The notes under the pieces are model-generated. The model saw only the letters and a program-made list of their open reading frames with translations, was not told the DNA's origin and ran no database searches. A stretch of DNA of 64,000 bases from Macrostomum lignano. Taxonomy: Eukaryota. Positions 26,115 to 54,961 of this stretch are shown in pieces (position 1 is the stretch's first letter; each line of letters begins with the position of its first letter). The position numbers and the translations under genes were made by a program. The stretch spans positions 59,934-123,933 of the forward strand of contig NIVC01003032.1 in NCBI GenBank assembly GCA_002269645.1, written 5' to 3'.

Positions 26115-27418
26115 ATGGCCTCCCGCGCCGGGCCCAGGGCCGCCGGTTCTGATGGCTCAGATTTTGTTCACCGCGAAGTCATCGAGCTGCGCCATCGGAT
26201 CAGCTCGGTGCTCAAGCCCCGAGTTCGCGTGCTCAGCTTCATCCACTCGCTGCTGCTGCTGGCCGCCGGGGCCAGGGTCTTCGCCCGTCCGGCCAGCCTG
26301 CCCTCAGTGACCCCGGCTGACCTCGCCTGGCTGGCCTCCGGCCTGGCGCCAATGGCCGCCCTGCTTGCGCTGCCGAGGAACCGCACCTGGCCTCTCCGGT
26401 GCGCAATCGCCTGCCACCTGGCCTGCGGTCTGGCGCCAATCGTTTGGACTGTCTGGCGCCACGCCGCCGATCTGCACGATTTTGTGTCCACCAGGCGGGA
26501 TGAGTACCGCCTGCCCTTGGGAGACCTGCCGTACACGCCTGTGCTCTACCTGTTCCTGTCGGTCTGTCTGCAGGTGAGATTAGGTTTTGGCTGGGGCGAT
26601 GAGCAAATAGGTTAAGTAATTACTTCTGATTCCTATCTCCCGCCCACCAGATTCCTAGAATCGCCCTCTCCTGACCAGATCGCTAGAATCGCCCTCTCCT
26701 GACCAGAACGCAAGAATCGCCCTCTCCTGACCAGATCGCTAGAATCGCTCTCTCCTGACCAGATTGCTAGAATCGCCCTCTCCTGACCAGATTGCTAGAA
26801 TCGCCCTCTCCTGACCAGATCGCTAGAATCGCCCTCTCCTGACCAGATCGCTAGAATCGCCCTCTCCTGACCAGATCGCTAGAATCGCCCTCTCCCGACC
26901 AGATCGCTAGAATCGCCCTCTCCTGACCAGATCGCTAGAATCGCCCTCTCCTGACCAGATCGCTAGAATCGCCCTCTCCTGACCAGATCGCTAGAATCGC
27001 CCTCTCCTGACCAGATCGCTAGAATCGCCCTCTCCTGACCAGATCGCTAGAATCGCCCTCTCCTGACCAGATCGCTAGAATCGCCCTCTCCTGACCAGAT
27101 CGCTAGAATCGCCCTCTCCTGACCAGATCGCTAGAATCGCCCTCTCCTGACCAGATCGCTAGAATCGCCCTCTCCTGACCAGATCGCTAGAATCGCCCTC
27201 TCCTGACCAGATCGCTAGAATCGCCCTCTCCTGACCAGATCGCTAGAATCGCCCTCTCCTGACCAGATCGCTAGAATCGTGAATCAAGCCAGCACCCCAA
27301 TAACTGCCAGGTGCACGGGTTCAGCCTATACTACTGCTGGCGTCTGTTGCGCGCCTGGTCGCCCCGTGCCGCAACAAGTTCAGCCGCCGCGAATTCTGCC
27401 GGAAAGAAGCGATCTTAA
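26115..27418 (+). CDS. JAGN1: Jagunal homolog 1 (ER membrane protein); join(26115..26573,27311..27418)
   Basis: N-terminus MASRAGPRAAGSDGSDFVHRE is near-identical to JAGN1. Other matches are LPRNR and LQVHGFSLYY...LLRAW, plus a C-terminal KKRS dilysine-type ER motif. The intron is phase-0 GT-AG. Confidence 0.93.
26650..27278. repeat. 28-bp minisatellite (GAATCGCCCTCTCCTGACCAGATCGCTA)n in the JAGN1 intron
   Basis: About 22 nearly identical units. Confidence 0.97.
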
Positions 27419-27929
27419 AAACGCTTTGTCAAATTGTCAGCCAATCTGGTCTGGATGAAATCGGACTGAAGTTTTGCTAATAGTGCTGCTTGCTGCTTTA
27501 ATAATAAAATTTAGTCTGTTTTATTTTACTTTACTTTCAGCAAACCGAATAGCGATAAAGGAATTGTATTAATTAAGATTTGACTGTATTCAAATTTTTA
27601 GTCTGACCCTTGCTTCTCTTGCTTGTTGGCTATTTATAAATATACCTGTGCATGTTGCTGCGGCAACCAATCCCGGGCGGTGGGTGCGCTTGCTCTGCTA
27701 TCAATAGTTGGGGCAGCTTTCGGTTTCTGACTTAAAACCAAAGTTTCCTTTGCATCCGTTGGTTTTTGTTGTTAACCAGTTGCTTATAGTTGATATAAAT
27801 TTGAATGCCTAGTGTCGATTATTGAAGTGCAGCTTCTACCGACTATTGCCATATTATTTATCGGCTCGGGTTGTGTAAATCACATATTGTTGAAGTATGT
27901 TGATTTATTGACGTTATCAAAATAAGTAG

Positions 27930-28940
27930 ACTCGCTCCTCTGAGCAGTTCTCCCCGAAGACTCGCCCCTATGAGCAGTTCTCCCCAAAGACTCGCCCCTC
28001 TGAGCATTTCTCCCCAAAGACTCGCTCCTCTGAGCAGTTCTCCCCGAAGACTCGCTCCTCTGAGCAGTTCTCCCCAAAGACTCGCCCCTCTGAGCAGTTC
28101 TCCCCAAAGACTCGCCCCTCTGAGCAGTTCTCCCCAAAGACTCGCCCCTATGAGCAGTTCTCCCCGAAGACTCGCTCCTCTGAGCAGTTCTCCCCGAAGA
28201 CGCCCCTATGAGCAGTTCTCCCCAAAGACTCGCTCCTCTGAGCAGTTCTCCCCGAAGACGCCCCTATGAGCAGTTCTCCCCAAAGACTCGCCCCTCTGAG
28301 CAGTTCTCCCCAAAGACTCGCCCCTCTGAGCAGTTCTCCCCAAAGACTCGCCCCTCTGAGCAGTTCTCCCCAAAGACTCGCCCCTCTGAGCAGTTCTCCC
28401 CAAAGACTCGCCCCTATGAGCAGTTCTCCCCGAAGACTCGCTCCTCTGAGCAGTTCTCCCCGAAGACGCCCCTATGAGCAGTTCTCCCCAAAGACTCGCC
28501 CCTCTGAGCAGTTCTCCCCAAAGACTCGCCCTCTGAGCAGTTCTCCCCAAAGACTCGCCCCTCTGAGCAGTTCTCCCCAAAGACTCGCCCCTCTGAGCAG
28601 TTCTCCCCAAAGACTCGCCCCTCTGAGCAGTTCTCCCCGAAGACTCGCTCCTCTGAGCAGTTCTCCCCGAAGACGCCCCTATGAGCAGTTCTCCCCAAAG
28701 ACTCGCCCCTCTGAGCAGTTCTCCCCAAAGACTCGCACCTCTGAGCAGTTCTCCCCAAAGACTCGCCCTTCTGAGCAGTTCTCCCCAAAGACTCGCCCCT
28801 CTGAGCAGTTCTCCCCAAAGACTCGCCCCTCTGAGCAGTTCTCCCCAAAGACTCGCCCCTCTGAGTAGTTCTTCCCAAAGACTCGCCCCTCTAAGCAGTT
28901 CTTCCCAAAGACTCGCCCCTCTAAGCAGTTCTCCCCAAAA
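27930..28940. repeat. 30-bp minisatellite (GAGCAGTTCTCCCCAAAGACTCGCCCCTCT)n
   Basis: About 33 units with 28-29 bp variants. Confidence 0.96.
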
Positions 28941-29431
28941 AATCACCCCAAAAATCACGAGACGAATTAATGAAGTTATGTAGGTAGAGATTTTTATATT
29001 TATAGTTTATTATATAATTACACGTACGCAGCTTTCGAGCTCAGGGCTACATGTAATGGTATCGTGTACATCGCTTAACATGACACAGTGAAGTTGAAAA
29101 CTAACAGATGCGATTGCATAATACATGTACACACTGCCACAAACACGGACTACACGTCTGTACATGATAGGGAATTATTGATAACAAGATTGTTGCGAGG
29201 CGCAGAACGGATGTAATTATCATGACGGCTGTACCGCACATTTATCTACTATGCGAGTACATGTTTGCATGGTCCTGTGTACTCTTAGTTTTACTAGATG
29301 AGAAATGAGTACTCTAAAAAACTGAAAACCTCCCATCTCATTAAAACAGCGGGGCTACGAGTTTTTAAAACTGAAAATTTTTAAGTACTATAAATATGTA
29401 ATGCTATACCAGTATACACGTGTGTAATTCT

Positions 29432-30507
29432 TAGGGGCGTAGCCAGGAGAGACTCCGTCATCACTAGGGGCGCCATCATCCACAACTAGGGGCATCATCA
29501 TCATCACTAGGGGCACCATCATCCATAACTAGGGGCACTATCATCATCATCACTAGGGGCACCATCATCATCATCACTAAGGGCGCCATCATCATCATCA
29601 CTATTGGCGCCATCATCATCATCACTAAGGGCGCCATCATCATCACTATTGGCGCTATCATCATCATCATCACTATTGGCGCTATCATCATCATCATCAC
29701 TAAGGGCGCCATCATCATCATCACTAGGGACACCATCATCATCACTAGGGGCGCCATCATCCATAACTAGGGGCACTATCATCATCATCACTAGGGGCGC
29801 CAGCATCACAAGGGCGTCATTATCATCACCACTAGGGACACCATCATCATCACTAGGGGCGCCATCATCCACAACTAGGGGCATCATCATCATCACTAGG
29901 GGCGCCATCATCATCACTAGGGGCGCCATCATCCATAACTAGGGGCACTATCATCATCATCACTAGGGGCGCCAGCATCACAAGGGCGTCATCATCATCA
30001 CCACTAGGGACACCATCATCATCACTAGGGGCGCCATCATCCACAACTAGGGGCATCATCATCATCACTAGGGGCGCCATCATCCATAACTAGGGGCACT
30101 ATCATCATCATCACTAGGGGCACCATCATCATCATCACTAAGGGCGCCATCATCATCATCACTAAGGGCGCCATCATCATCATCACTATTGGCGCCATCA
30201 TCATCATCACTAAGGGCGCCATCATCATAACTATTGGCGCTATCATCATCATCATCAGTATTGGCGCTATCATAATCATCATCAGTATTGGCGCTATCAT
30301 CATCATTATCACTAAGGGCGCCAACATCATCATCACTAAGGGCGCCATAATCATCATCACTAAGTGGCGTCATCATCATCATCACTAGAGGCGCCAGCGC
30401 CAGGGTCGCCAAAGCTAATGGTCAGCGGGCGCCACATATATGTACTTTTCCCACCCAACCGGTGGGGGGCCGCGGCCCTCCTTGCCCCCTCCCTGGCTGC
30501 GCCCGTG
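29432..30507. mobile_element. hAT-like non-autonomous element whose interior is a (CATCAT..CACTAGGGGCGC)n satellite
   Basis: Left end TAGGGGCGTAGCCAGG; the right end reverse-complements to CACGGGCGCAGCCAGG. The interior 29455-30395 is the degenerate satellite. I found no TSD. Confidence 0.55.
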
Positions 30508-30539
30508 TCAGTCCGGGGCCCATTCGGACCCACAGTCCC

Positions 30540-33257
30540 TCAGTTAGCGCACTCGCCCTCGGCATCCAGCTCCGCGCTCTCCCGCTTGCACCCGTCCGCA
30601 GTCGCGGCCGTCGCCGAATCTTCGCCTGTGCAACTCTTCGCCGTCGCCGCCTTCTCCTGCCGCTGCCGATGGTCGGTTTCGTCCTGATCGACGATTGCGG
30701 AAGTCGCCGCTGCCGAGCTGGTGGGCGCCGGCGTAGCGGCGGAGGTCGCGGAGGAGCCGCCGCCGCCGCCGTCGACGAGAATGGCCTCGATCTCGTGCTG
30801 GATGAAGGCCCAGGGCACCGAGCTGCCAGGCAGGAGGCAGCGCTCGCCGCTCGGACAGTAGATGGATTCGGACTGGCGGTCGGGGCCGGCCGAGGACTCG
30901 CGCAGGTCGCCGAGCTGCCGGCGGATGCTCTCCCTGGCGCAGGGGAAGCAGAACTTGTGCGCCGCCTCGGCCGGGCACTGGACAAAGTGCGTCTCCTCCA
31001 TGCGGCTCTTGCAGAAACTGCAGCGCAGAGTCTGCCGGATGCAGAGCCTCTTGGATGGGACATGCTGCTGCTGCTGCTGCTGCTGCAGCTGAAGGATTCC
31101 TGCAACTGGAGATTATTTGGATTGCTTTTAATTATTTCTGCAGTTGGCGCAAGCCACCCAACAGTACTCATTATCAGGCATCCACCCCAATCAGTCACCC
31201 CAATGGCGCCAACCCCTCACCCAATATCGCCAGCCCCGCAATGGCGCCAAGTCCCTAATGGCGCCAATCCTCCTCCAATGGCACCTCTCCCCCAATGGCG
31301 CCAACCCCTCCCCAATGGCACCAACCCCTCACCAATGGCGCCAACCCCTCCCCAATGGCACCAACCCCTCACCAATGGCGCCAACCCTTCCCCAATGGCG
31401 CCAACCCCCCTTCAATGGCGCCAACCCCTCCCCCAATGGCGCCAACCCCTCACCAATGGCGCCAACCCCTCCCATAATGGCGCCAACCCCCCCTTCAATG
31501 GCGCAAACCCCTCCCCCAATGGCGCCAACCCCTCACCAATGGCGCCAACCCCTCCCATAATGGCGCCAACCCCCCCCTTCAATGGCGCAAACCCCTCCCC
31601 CAATGGCGCCAACCCCTCACCAATGGCGCCACCCCCTCCCACAATGGCGCCAACCCCTCCCTAAATGGCACCACTCTCTCTTCAACAAAAGGCGCCACCC
31701 ATTTCCCCAATGGCTCACCTCCGTTGGCGCCCTTCACGGGCAGCAGTGATTTCGGCATCAGCCGAGTCTTCGGCGTCAGCTGGGGCGGCCGCAGCTCCCT
31801 GTTGGGCGCCGGCAGCCGGTCAGCCAGAGGCCGCTCTCGCAGCCGCGTCACCCGCTCGCCGACCAGCTCAGTGAGGAGGCGCCAGTCGCCGGGGCAGCGC
31901 TCGTACTCCAGCAGCAGGGCGGCGGCTGACGCGGCCGACGCGGAGGTGGCCGCCGACGTCGCAATCGAGGCGGCGTCGCGGCTCATCTGGCTGGCCACGC
32001 CGGCGCACGAGTTGAAGACGGTCCTGGAGCCCACGGGGTACTCGAAGAACAGCTTCAGCTCCAGCTGGTCCAGCCGGGTCATCCCGGTGCCAACGTCGGC
32101 GGCGAACACGCAGCCCAGGCTGCCGCCGCTCGGCTGGCCTTTGAGGCGAACCTGGCGGAACAGGAGTTCATGAGTGAGTTCATGAGTGAGTTCATGAGTG
32201 AGTTCATAAGTGAGTTTATGAGTGAGGTCATGAGTGAGTTCATAAGTGAGTTCATGAGTGAGTTCATGAGTGAGTTCATGAGTGAGCTCATGAGTGAGCT
32301 CATGAGTGAGTTCATGAGTGAGTTCATGAGTGAGTTCATGAGTGACTTCATGAGTGAGTTCATGAGTGAGTTCATGAGTGAGCTCATGAGTGAGCTCATG
32401 AGTGAGCTCATAAGTGAGTTCATGAGTGAGCTCATGAGTGAGCTCATGAGTGAGCTCATAAGTGAGTTCATGAGTGAGTTCATGAGTGAGCTCATGAGTG
32501 AGTTCACGACTGAGTTCATGAGTGAGTTCATGAGTGAGTTCATGAGTGACTTCATGAGTGAGTTCACGACTGAGTTCATGAGTGAGCTCATGAGTGAGTT
32601 CATGAGTGAGCTCATGAGTGACTTCATGAGTGACTTCATGAGTGAGTTCACGACTGAGTTCATGAGTGAGCTCATGAGTGAGTTCATGAGTGAGTTCATG
32701 AGTTCATGAGTGAGTTCATAAGCGCTTACATGAAACGGGCAGCATTTGCTCAGCGCATCAACAATGTCCCTGGCAACGTAGTCAGAACCGCCGCCTCCAC
32801 CGCTTCCATTGCTGCTGTTGCTCCCGTTGCTGGCCTGCTGTTGCTGGACAGCGGAGGTGGACGAGCTCGCTAGCAGGTCGGGCCGCACGCCGCCACCGCT
32901 TCCTGCTGGCGGCGAGTCCGACCGAATCCCCAGCGACAGCGGCAGCGGCGGAGGCGGCGGCAGGCAGAGCAGCTGGTGCTGCAGCCCGATGGCTGAGAAT
33001 TTGCTAAGCTGCGGAGGCGGTGGAGGCGGCGGTGGCGGCTGCTGTTGCTGCTGCTGTTGCTGTTGCTGTTGAGCGGCCGCGGACGAGCCGCCGGCCATCT
33101 TCAGCAGACGGGCCCGCTCGATCACCAGCTCCACTCGGTCGGCGCCCTCGTAGTTGACGCAGCCGCGGCAGACCAGCTCGGAGAAGTCGGTGAGCAGAGC
33201 CCAGGGCGGCCGGGGCAGATCGCACAGGTAGCACTGGCGGCGGAGCAGGAAAGACAT
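30540..33257 (-). CDS. IRF2BP: Interferon regulatory factor 2-binding protein family (IRF2BP1/2/L, pits); exons 32730..33257, 31719..32151, 30540..31099; 506 aa
   Basis: N-terminal C4 finger [14 protein letters not shown]...[15 protein letters not shown]. Central PFHVRLK...[13 protein letters not shown]-terminal [21 protein letters not shown]...HKFCFPC...IYCPSGERC...[14 protein letters not shown]. Junction phases are consistent. A probable 5'UTR intron lies at ~33311-33418. Confidence 0.95.
31190..31715. repeat. ~18-21-bp intronic minisatellite (CCAATGGCGCCAACCCCT..)n
   Basis: Degenerate tandem units in IRF2BP intron 2. Confidence 0.92.
32165..32720. repeat. 12-bp intronic minisatellite (CATGAGTGAGTT/CT)n
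   Basis: About 46 units in IRF2BP intron 1. Confidence 0.96.
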
Positions 33258-33319
33258 CCCGGATGCTGCCTGCGGGCTGGGGTGGGCGAGGGGACTGAGG
33301 CATCGGGCCTGACACAGAC

Positions 33320-33376
<57 letters not shown>

Positions 33377-34339
33377 GGCAGAGTTCCGAAAGCTGCAGCA
33401 AAACAGTAGACAAACTCACCTGGGCAAAATTGTGGGGAAAATGATAGAAAAAGCAGCAAAGCCGGTCAGCCAGACGCGGTCCAAAGATCTCAGGTGCGCT
33501 CGTAAATACCGATTAACGGATAGGATTCGAACTCATGACCTGAAATCGAGTATATTGCCAATCGAAGCCTGGGACAAGGACTGCTGGCTGCTTCACAGGG
33601 CGCAGGCATATATAGGGATACCGGCACGCATATCGGTGAAGGCCCGCCCGTGACGTGCGACGCACGCGCTACAAACACACAGAGAGCAGCCGAGGAAGCG
33701 ACCTCGATGGCTGTTGGAACTGCGCGGGCAGCAGCGGCAGCGGGGAGGGGAGGGGAGATTTCCGAGGAAGGCACGCACGAAGAGGAGGAAGCAGAGCAGA
33801 AGAGACGGGGGTGGTGACTGGCCAGGACCAAAGGGAGAATAAGAGGGAGAAGGGGAGACAGACAGAGCCCAGCCTGCAAGTGGGGCGATTCGGACACGCA
33901 ACCGCGGGGCCCCCCCGGTCCCCTGGGCTTGGTCACGCAATCGCGCGTGACTCCGCGCCGGGACGCCGCCGCCGCGGCAGCCCCCCCCCCCCCCCCCGAC
34001 TATCAATTATTGGCCCGCCCCGCTGAAGGTCTGTGGCGCGCGCACGCACACAGCTGAGGCCTGAGAGAAGGGGCGCAAGTGCGTGACTGCGTATTGAACT
34101 GAGAGGCCCCGCCGGAGGTCTAAGTTTAAACCTGGGCAGCTGCTTGCTTTTTCACTCTGAGATCTCCTCGTTTCTTTTCTCCTCAGGCCGGCCTTCTAAT
34201 TTTAATTCTCGCTAGGGGAAGCGAATGCTGTAATTGAGATTGCATCCCAATTAGCCATTGTTGGGAGCAAGCAGATTAATCCTATCGTATTGCATGCGAC
34301 TCTTTGGCGTCTCGGAACAGAATCACGATCCACAGATGT

Positions 34340-34972
34340 CAGAGGGGAGAGGGGATGAGAGGAGAGGAGAGGAGATAGGGAAGAGAAGCTGGGGGAGATA
34401 GAGGGGAGAATAGAGATGGGAGAGAGGAGGAGGGAAGAGACAGGAGAGAAGAGAGGAGAGAAGAGAGGAGAAATACCCTCGTGGAGGTGAAGAAAAAAGT
34501 TAAAGAGCAGAGAGAAGTAGGGGAGGGAAGAGTAAATAAAAGTAGGGGGGAGGGAGAGCAGAGAGAAGTAGGGGGAGCAGAGAGAGTAGGGGGAGGGGAA
34601 GCAGACAGAAGTAGGGGGAGGGGAGCAGAGAGAAGTAGGGTGAGCAGAGAGAAGTAGGGCGAGCAGAGAGAAGTAGGGGGAGGGGGAGCAGACAGAAGTA
34701 GGGGGAGGGGGAGCAGAGAGAAGTAGGGGGAGGGGGAGCAGACAGAAGTAGGGGGAGGGGAGCAGAGAGAAGTAGGGTGAGCAGAGAGAAGTAGGGCGAG
34801 CAGAGAGAAGTAGGGGGAGGGGGAGCAGACAGAAGTAGGGGGGAGGGGGAGCAGAGAGAAGTAGGGGAGCAGAGAGAAGTAGGGTGGAGGGGGAGCAGAG
34901 AGAAGAAGGGGGAGGCTGAGCAGAGAGAAGTAGGGTGAGCAGAGAGAAGTAGGGTGAGCAGAGAGAAGTAGA
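34340..34972. repeat. Purine-rich satellite (GAGCAGAGAGAAGTAGGGGGAGGGG)n
   Basis: Direct reading. Confidence 0.92.
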
Positions 34973-35419
34973 CCAAGGCACAGAAAGGCCCCAATCCCAG
35001 TCGCAGATGAGCGCAACCCGTGAAAATGATATTCGTCCACACGGAGACGGGGCTGGAAGGCTCACTATTGATGTAGGCAGTCGGTCTAAAACCGGCCCTG
35101 CAGCATGCATAACAGGTGTGAATAATAACGAGGGCGCACGCACCAGCCTGTTTTATAACCCCCCCCCAAATAGGCTGACGCTGAACTAAATTTCATAATC
35201 TGAGCCGGGGAGTCAATTTCATATTCCGCGACACGCGCCTCGCCTTGGGCCAGCCGGGTTCGAGGCGCGTGAGCGGCAATCCCCGGGATCCCCCACGGCA
35301 AATATCCACTGCAGACCTGCTGTGCCGCACTTCTGCCGGCAGGGGACTGCCCGGCTTTAATGCCTTTGTTGTCACTGATGACTTGGCGACTCCAGTCTGA
35401 CTGACTGACCGCCCGACTG

Positions 35420-37215
35420 CCGGTGTCTGACCTCCCATCTGACTGTCTGTCTGACCTCCTATCTGACTGCCTGTCTGACCTCCTATCTAACTGCCTGCCT
35501 GCCTGTCTGACCTCCTATCTGACTGTCTGTCTGACCTCCTATCTGACTGCCTGTCTGACCTCTTATCTGACTGCCTGTCTGACCTCCTATCTGACTGCCT
35601 GTCTATCTGTCTGTCTGACCTCCTATCTGACTGCCTGACCTCCTATCTGACTGTCTGTCTGACCTCCTATCTGAATGTCTGTCTGACCTCCTATCTGACT
35701 GCCTGTCTATCTGTCTGACCTCCTATCTGACTGTCTGTCTGACCTCCTATCTGACTGCCTGTCTGACCTCCTATCTGACTGCCTGTCTGCCTGTCTGACC
35801 TCCTATCTGACTGCCTGTCTGTCTGTCTGACCTCCTATCTGACTGTCTGTCTGACCTCCTATCTGACTGCCTGTCTGACCTCTTATCTGACTGCCTGCCT
35901 GTCTGTCTGACCTCCTATCTGACTGCCTGCCTGCCTGTCTGACCTCCTATCTGACTGTCTGTTTGACCTCCTATCTGACTGCCTGTCTATCTGGCTGACC
36001 TCCTATCTGACTGTCTGCCTGATCTCCTATCTGACTGTCTGTCTGACCTCCTATCTGACTGCCTGTCTGACCTCCTATCTGACTGCCTGTCTATCTGTCT
36101 GACCTCCTATCTGACTGTCTGTCTGACCTCTTATCTGACTGTCTGTCTGACCTCCTAACTGACTGTCTGTCTGACCTCCTATCTGACTGTCTATCTGACC
36201 TCCTATCTGACTGCCTGTCTGACCTCCTATCTGACTGCCTATCTGTCTGACCTCGTATCTGACTGTCTGTCTGACCTCCTATCTGACTGTCTGTCTGACC
36301 TCCTATCTGACTGTCTGTCTGACCTCTTATCTGACTGCCTGCCTGTCTGTCTGACCTCCTATCTGACTGCCTGTCTATCTGTCTGACCTCCTATCTGACT
36401 GTCTGTCTGACCTCCTATCTGACTGCCTGACCTCCTATCTGACTGTCTGTCTGACCTCCTATCTGACTGTCTGTCTGACCTCCTATCTGACTGTCTGTCT
36501 GACCTCCTATCTGACTGCCTGTCTGACCTCCTATCTGACTGCCTATCTGTCTGACCTCGTATCTGACTGTCTGTCTGACCTCTTATCTGAATGCCTGCCT
36601 GTCTGTCTGTCTGACCTCCTATCTGACTGCCTGTCTATCTGTCTGACCTCCTATCTGACTGCCTGTCTATCTGTCTGACCTCCTATCTGACTGCCTGCCT
36701 GTCTGTCTGTCTGACCTCCTATCTGACTGCCTGTCTATCTGTCTGACCTCCCATCTGACTGTCTGTCTGACCTCCCATCTGACTGTCTGTCTGACCTCCC
36801 ATCTGACTGTCTGTCTGACCTCCTATCTGACTGCCTGTCTATCTGTTTGACCTCCTATCTGACTGCCTGTCTATCTGTTTGACCTCCTATCTGTCTGTCT
36901 GTCTATGTCTGACCTCCTATCTGTCTGTCTGTCTGACCTCCTATCTGACTGCCTGTCTATCTGTTTGACCTTCTATCTGACTGTCTGTCTATCTGTTTGA
37001 CCTCCTATCTGTCTGTCTGTCTATGTCTGACCTCCTATCTGACTGTCTGTCTGACCTCCTATCTGACTGTCTGTCTGACCTCCTATCTGACTGCCTGTCT
37101 ATCTGTCTGACCTCCTATATGACTGCCTGTCTGATCTCCTATCTGACTGTCTGTCTGACCTCCTATATGACTGCCTGTCTATCTGTCTGACCTCCCATCT
37201 GACTGCCTGTCTGAT
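35420..37215. repeat. Compound TCTG/ACCTCCTATCTGACTG satellite, about 1.8 kb
   Basis: Degenerate 24-32 bp units. Confidence 0.95.
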
Positions 37216-37225
37216 TGACTGCCAG

Positions 37226-37426
37226 AGCACAGGGAAGGGAGTGACGCAGGTGGCTGCAACAGCCAATATAATTGAGCTGAAGCGAGAAGCACAGGCGGTA
37301 TGCATCAAGGATCTCAGGGAAGAAGTGGCGCAACTGATGAATGAATGCTATTTGAAGTGTTGCCAAATGTTTATCGAATGGAATTCAAATGCTCATTTGC
37401 AAAGAAGCATGAGAACAGGCATTTAA
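37226..37426 (+). CDS. Possible terminal exon of an unidentified gene (STGKGVTQVAATANIIELKREAQ...RTGI)
   Basis: An AG acceptor follows the satellite and the frame is open to TAA. It could join a phase-0 donor near 35397. I recognised no family. Confidence 0.25.
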   Translation, partial: STGKGVTQVAATANIIELKREAQAVCIKDLREEVAQLMNECYLKCCQMFIEWNSNAHLQRSMRTGI

Positions 37427-37674
37427 ATATGCTTTAATTTTATATTTGAATTTGTTTGACAAAATACACTACTTGTCCCACAGTAGAGCATGCGGCTTTT
37501 TGATTACATATAAAAATCATGTTTACAATGCTTATCGTAGACGCAACTCCAATGCCTTTCCGGTTAGCATTAATATATTTGAATTGAATATTTGATTTTG
37601 TTTGGTGTTTTACAGCGGCTACTTTAGCATCAGGCGCGAAAATACCCTTATGACCCAAGGATACGACCAGGCAT

Positions 37675-38460
37675 GACTGTCAAGGAAATCATGACCCATA
37701 TGATCAACCAGGAAATCATGACCCATATGACCAACCAGGAAATCATGACTCATATGACCAACCAGGAAATTATGACCCATATGACCAACCAGGAAATCAT
37801 GACCCATATGATCAACCAGGAAATCATGACCCATATGACCAACCAGGAAATCATGACCCATATGACCAACCCGGAAATCATGACTCATATGATGAACCAG
37901 GAAATCATGACCCATATGATGAACCAGGAAATCATAACCCATATGATCAACCAGGAAATCATGACCCATATGACCAACCCGGAAATCATGACTCATATGA
38001 TGAACCAGGAAATCATGACCCATATGACCAACCAGGAAATCATGACCCATATGACCAACCAGGAAATCATGACCCATATGACCAACCAGGAAATCATGAC
38101 CCATATGACCAACCCGGAAATCATGACTCATATGATGAACCAGGAAATCATGACCCATATGACCAACCAGGAAATCATGACCCATATGACCAACCCGGAA
38201 ATCATGACTCATATGATGAACCAGGAAATCATGACCCATATGACCAACCAGGAAATCATGACCCATATGACCAACCCGGAAATCATGACTCATATGATGA
38301 ACCAGGAAATCATGACCCATATGACCAACCAGGAAATCATGACCCATATGACCAACCCGGAAATCATGACTCATAATGAACCAGGAAATCATGACCCATA
38401 TGATGAACCAGGAAATCATAACCCATATGACCAGCCAGGAAATCATGGCCCATATCAATC
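37675..38460. repeat. 27-bp minisatellite (CCAGGAAATCATGACCCATATGACCAA)n
   Basis: About 29 units just downstream of the CDC5L stop. Confidence 0.96.
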
Positions 38461-38606
38461 CCTCCGGAAATGATAATTGATCATGATGTGAGCAATGACC
38501 AATAGGGAACTATTATAGAAAAGCTGAATGTAAGAATCCGAGAAATGTCACAAAATCGCATTTGAAAAATCAATGCAGATGCCGGGGTTGAAGGCGCGCC
38601 CGCGCT

Positions 38607-54961
<16,355 letters not shown>

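Noticed and set aside
33505-33575. tRNA-like B-box (GAGTTCGAATCC on the minus strand)
   Set aside because: No cloverleaf or A-box could be built; at most a degenerate SINE or tRNA fragment.
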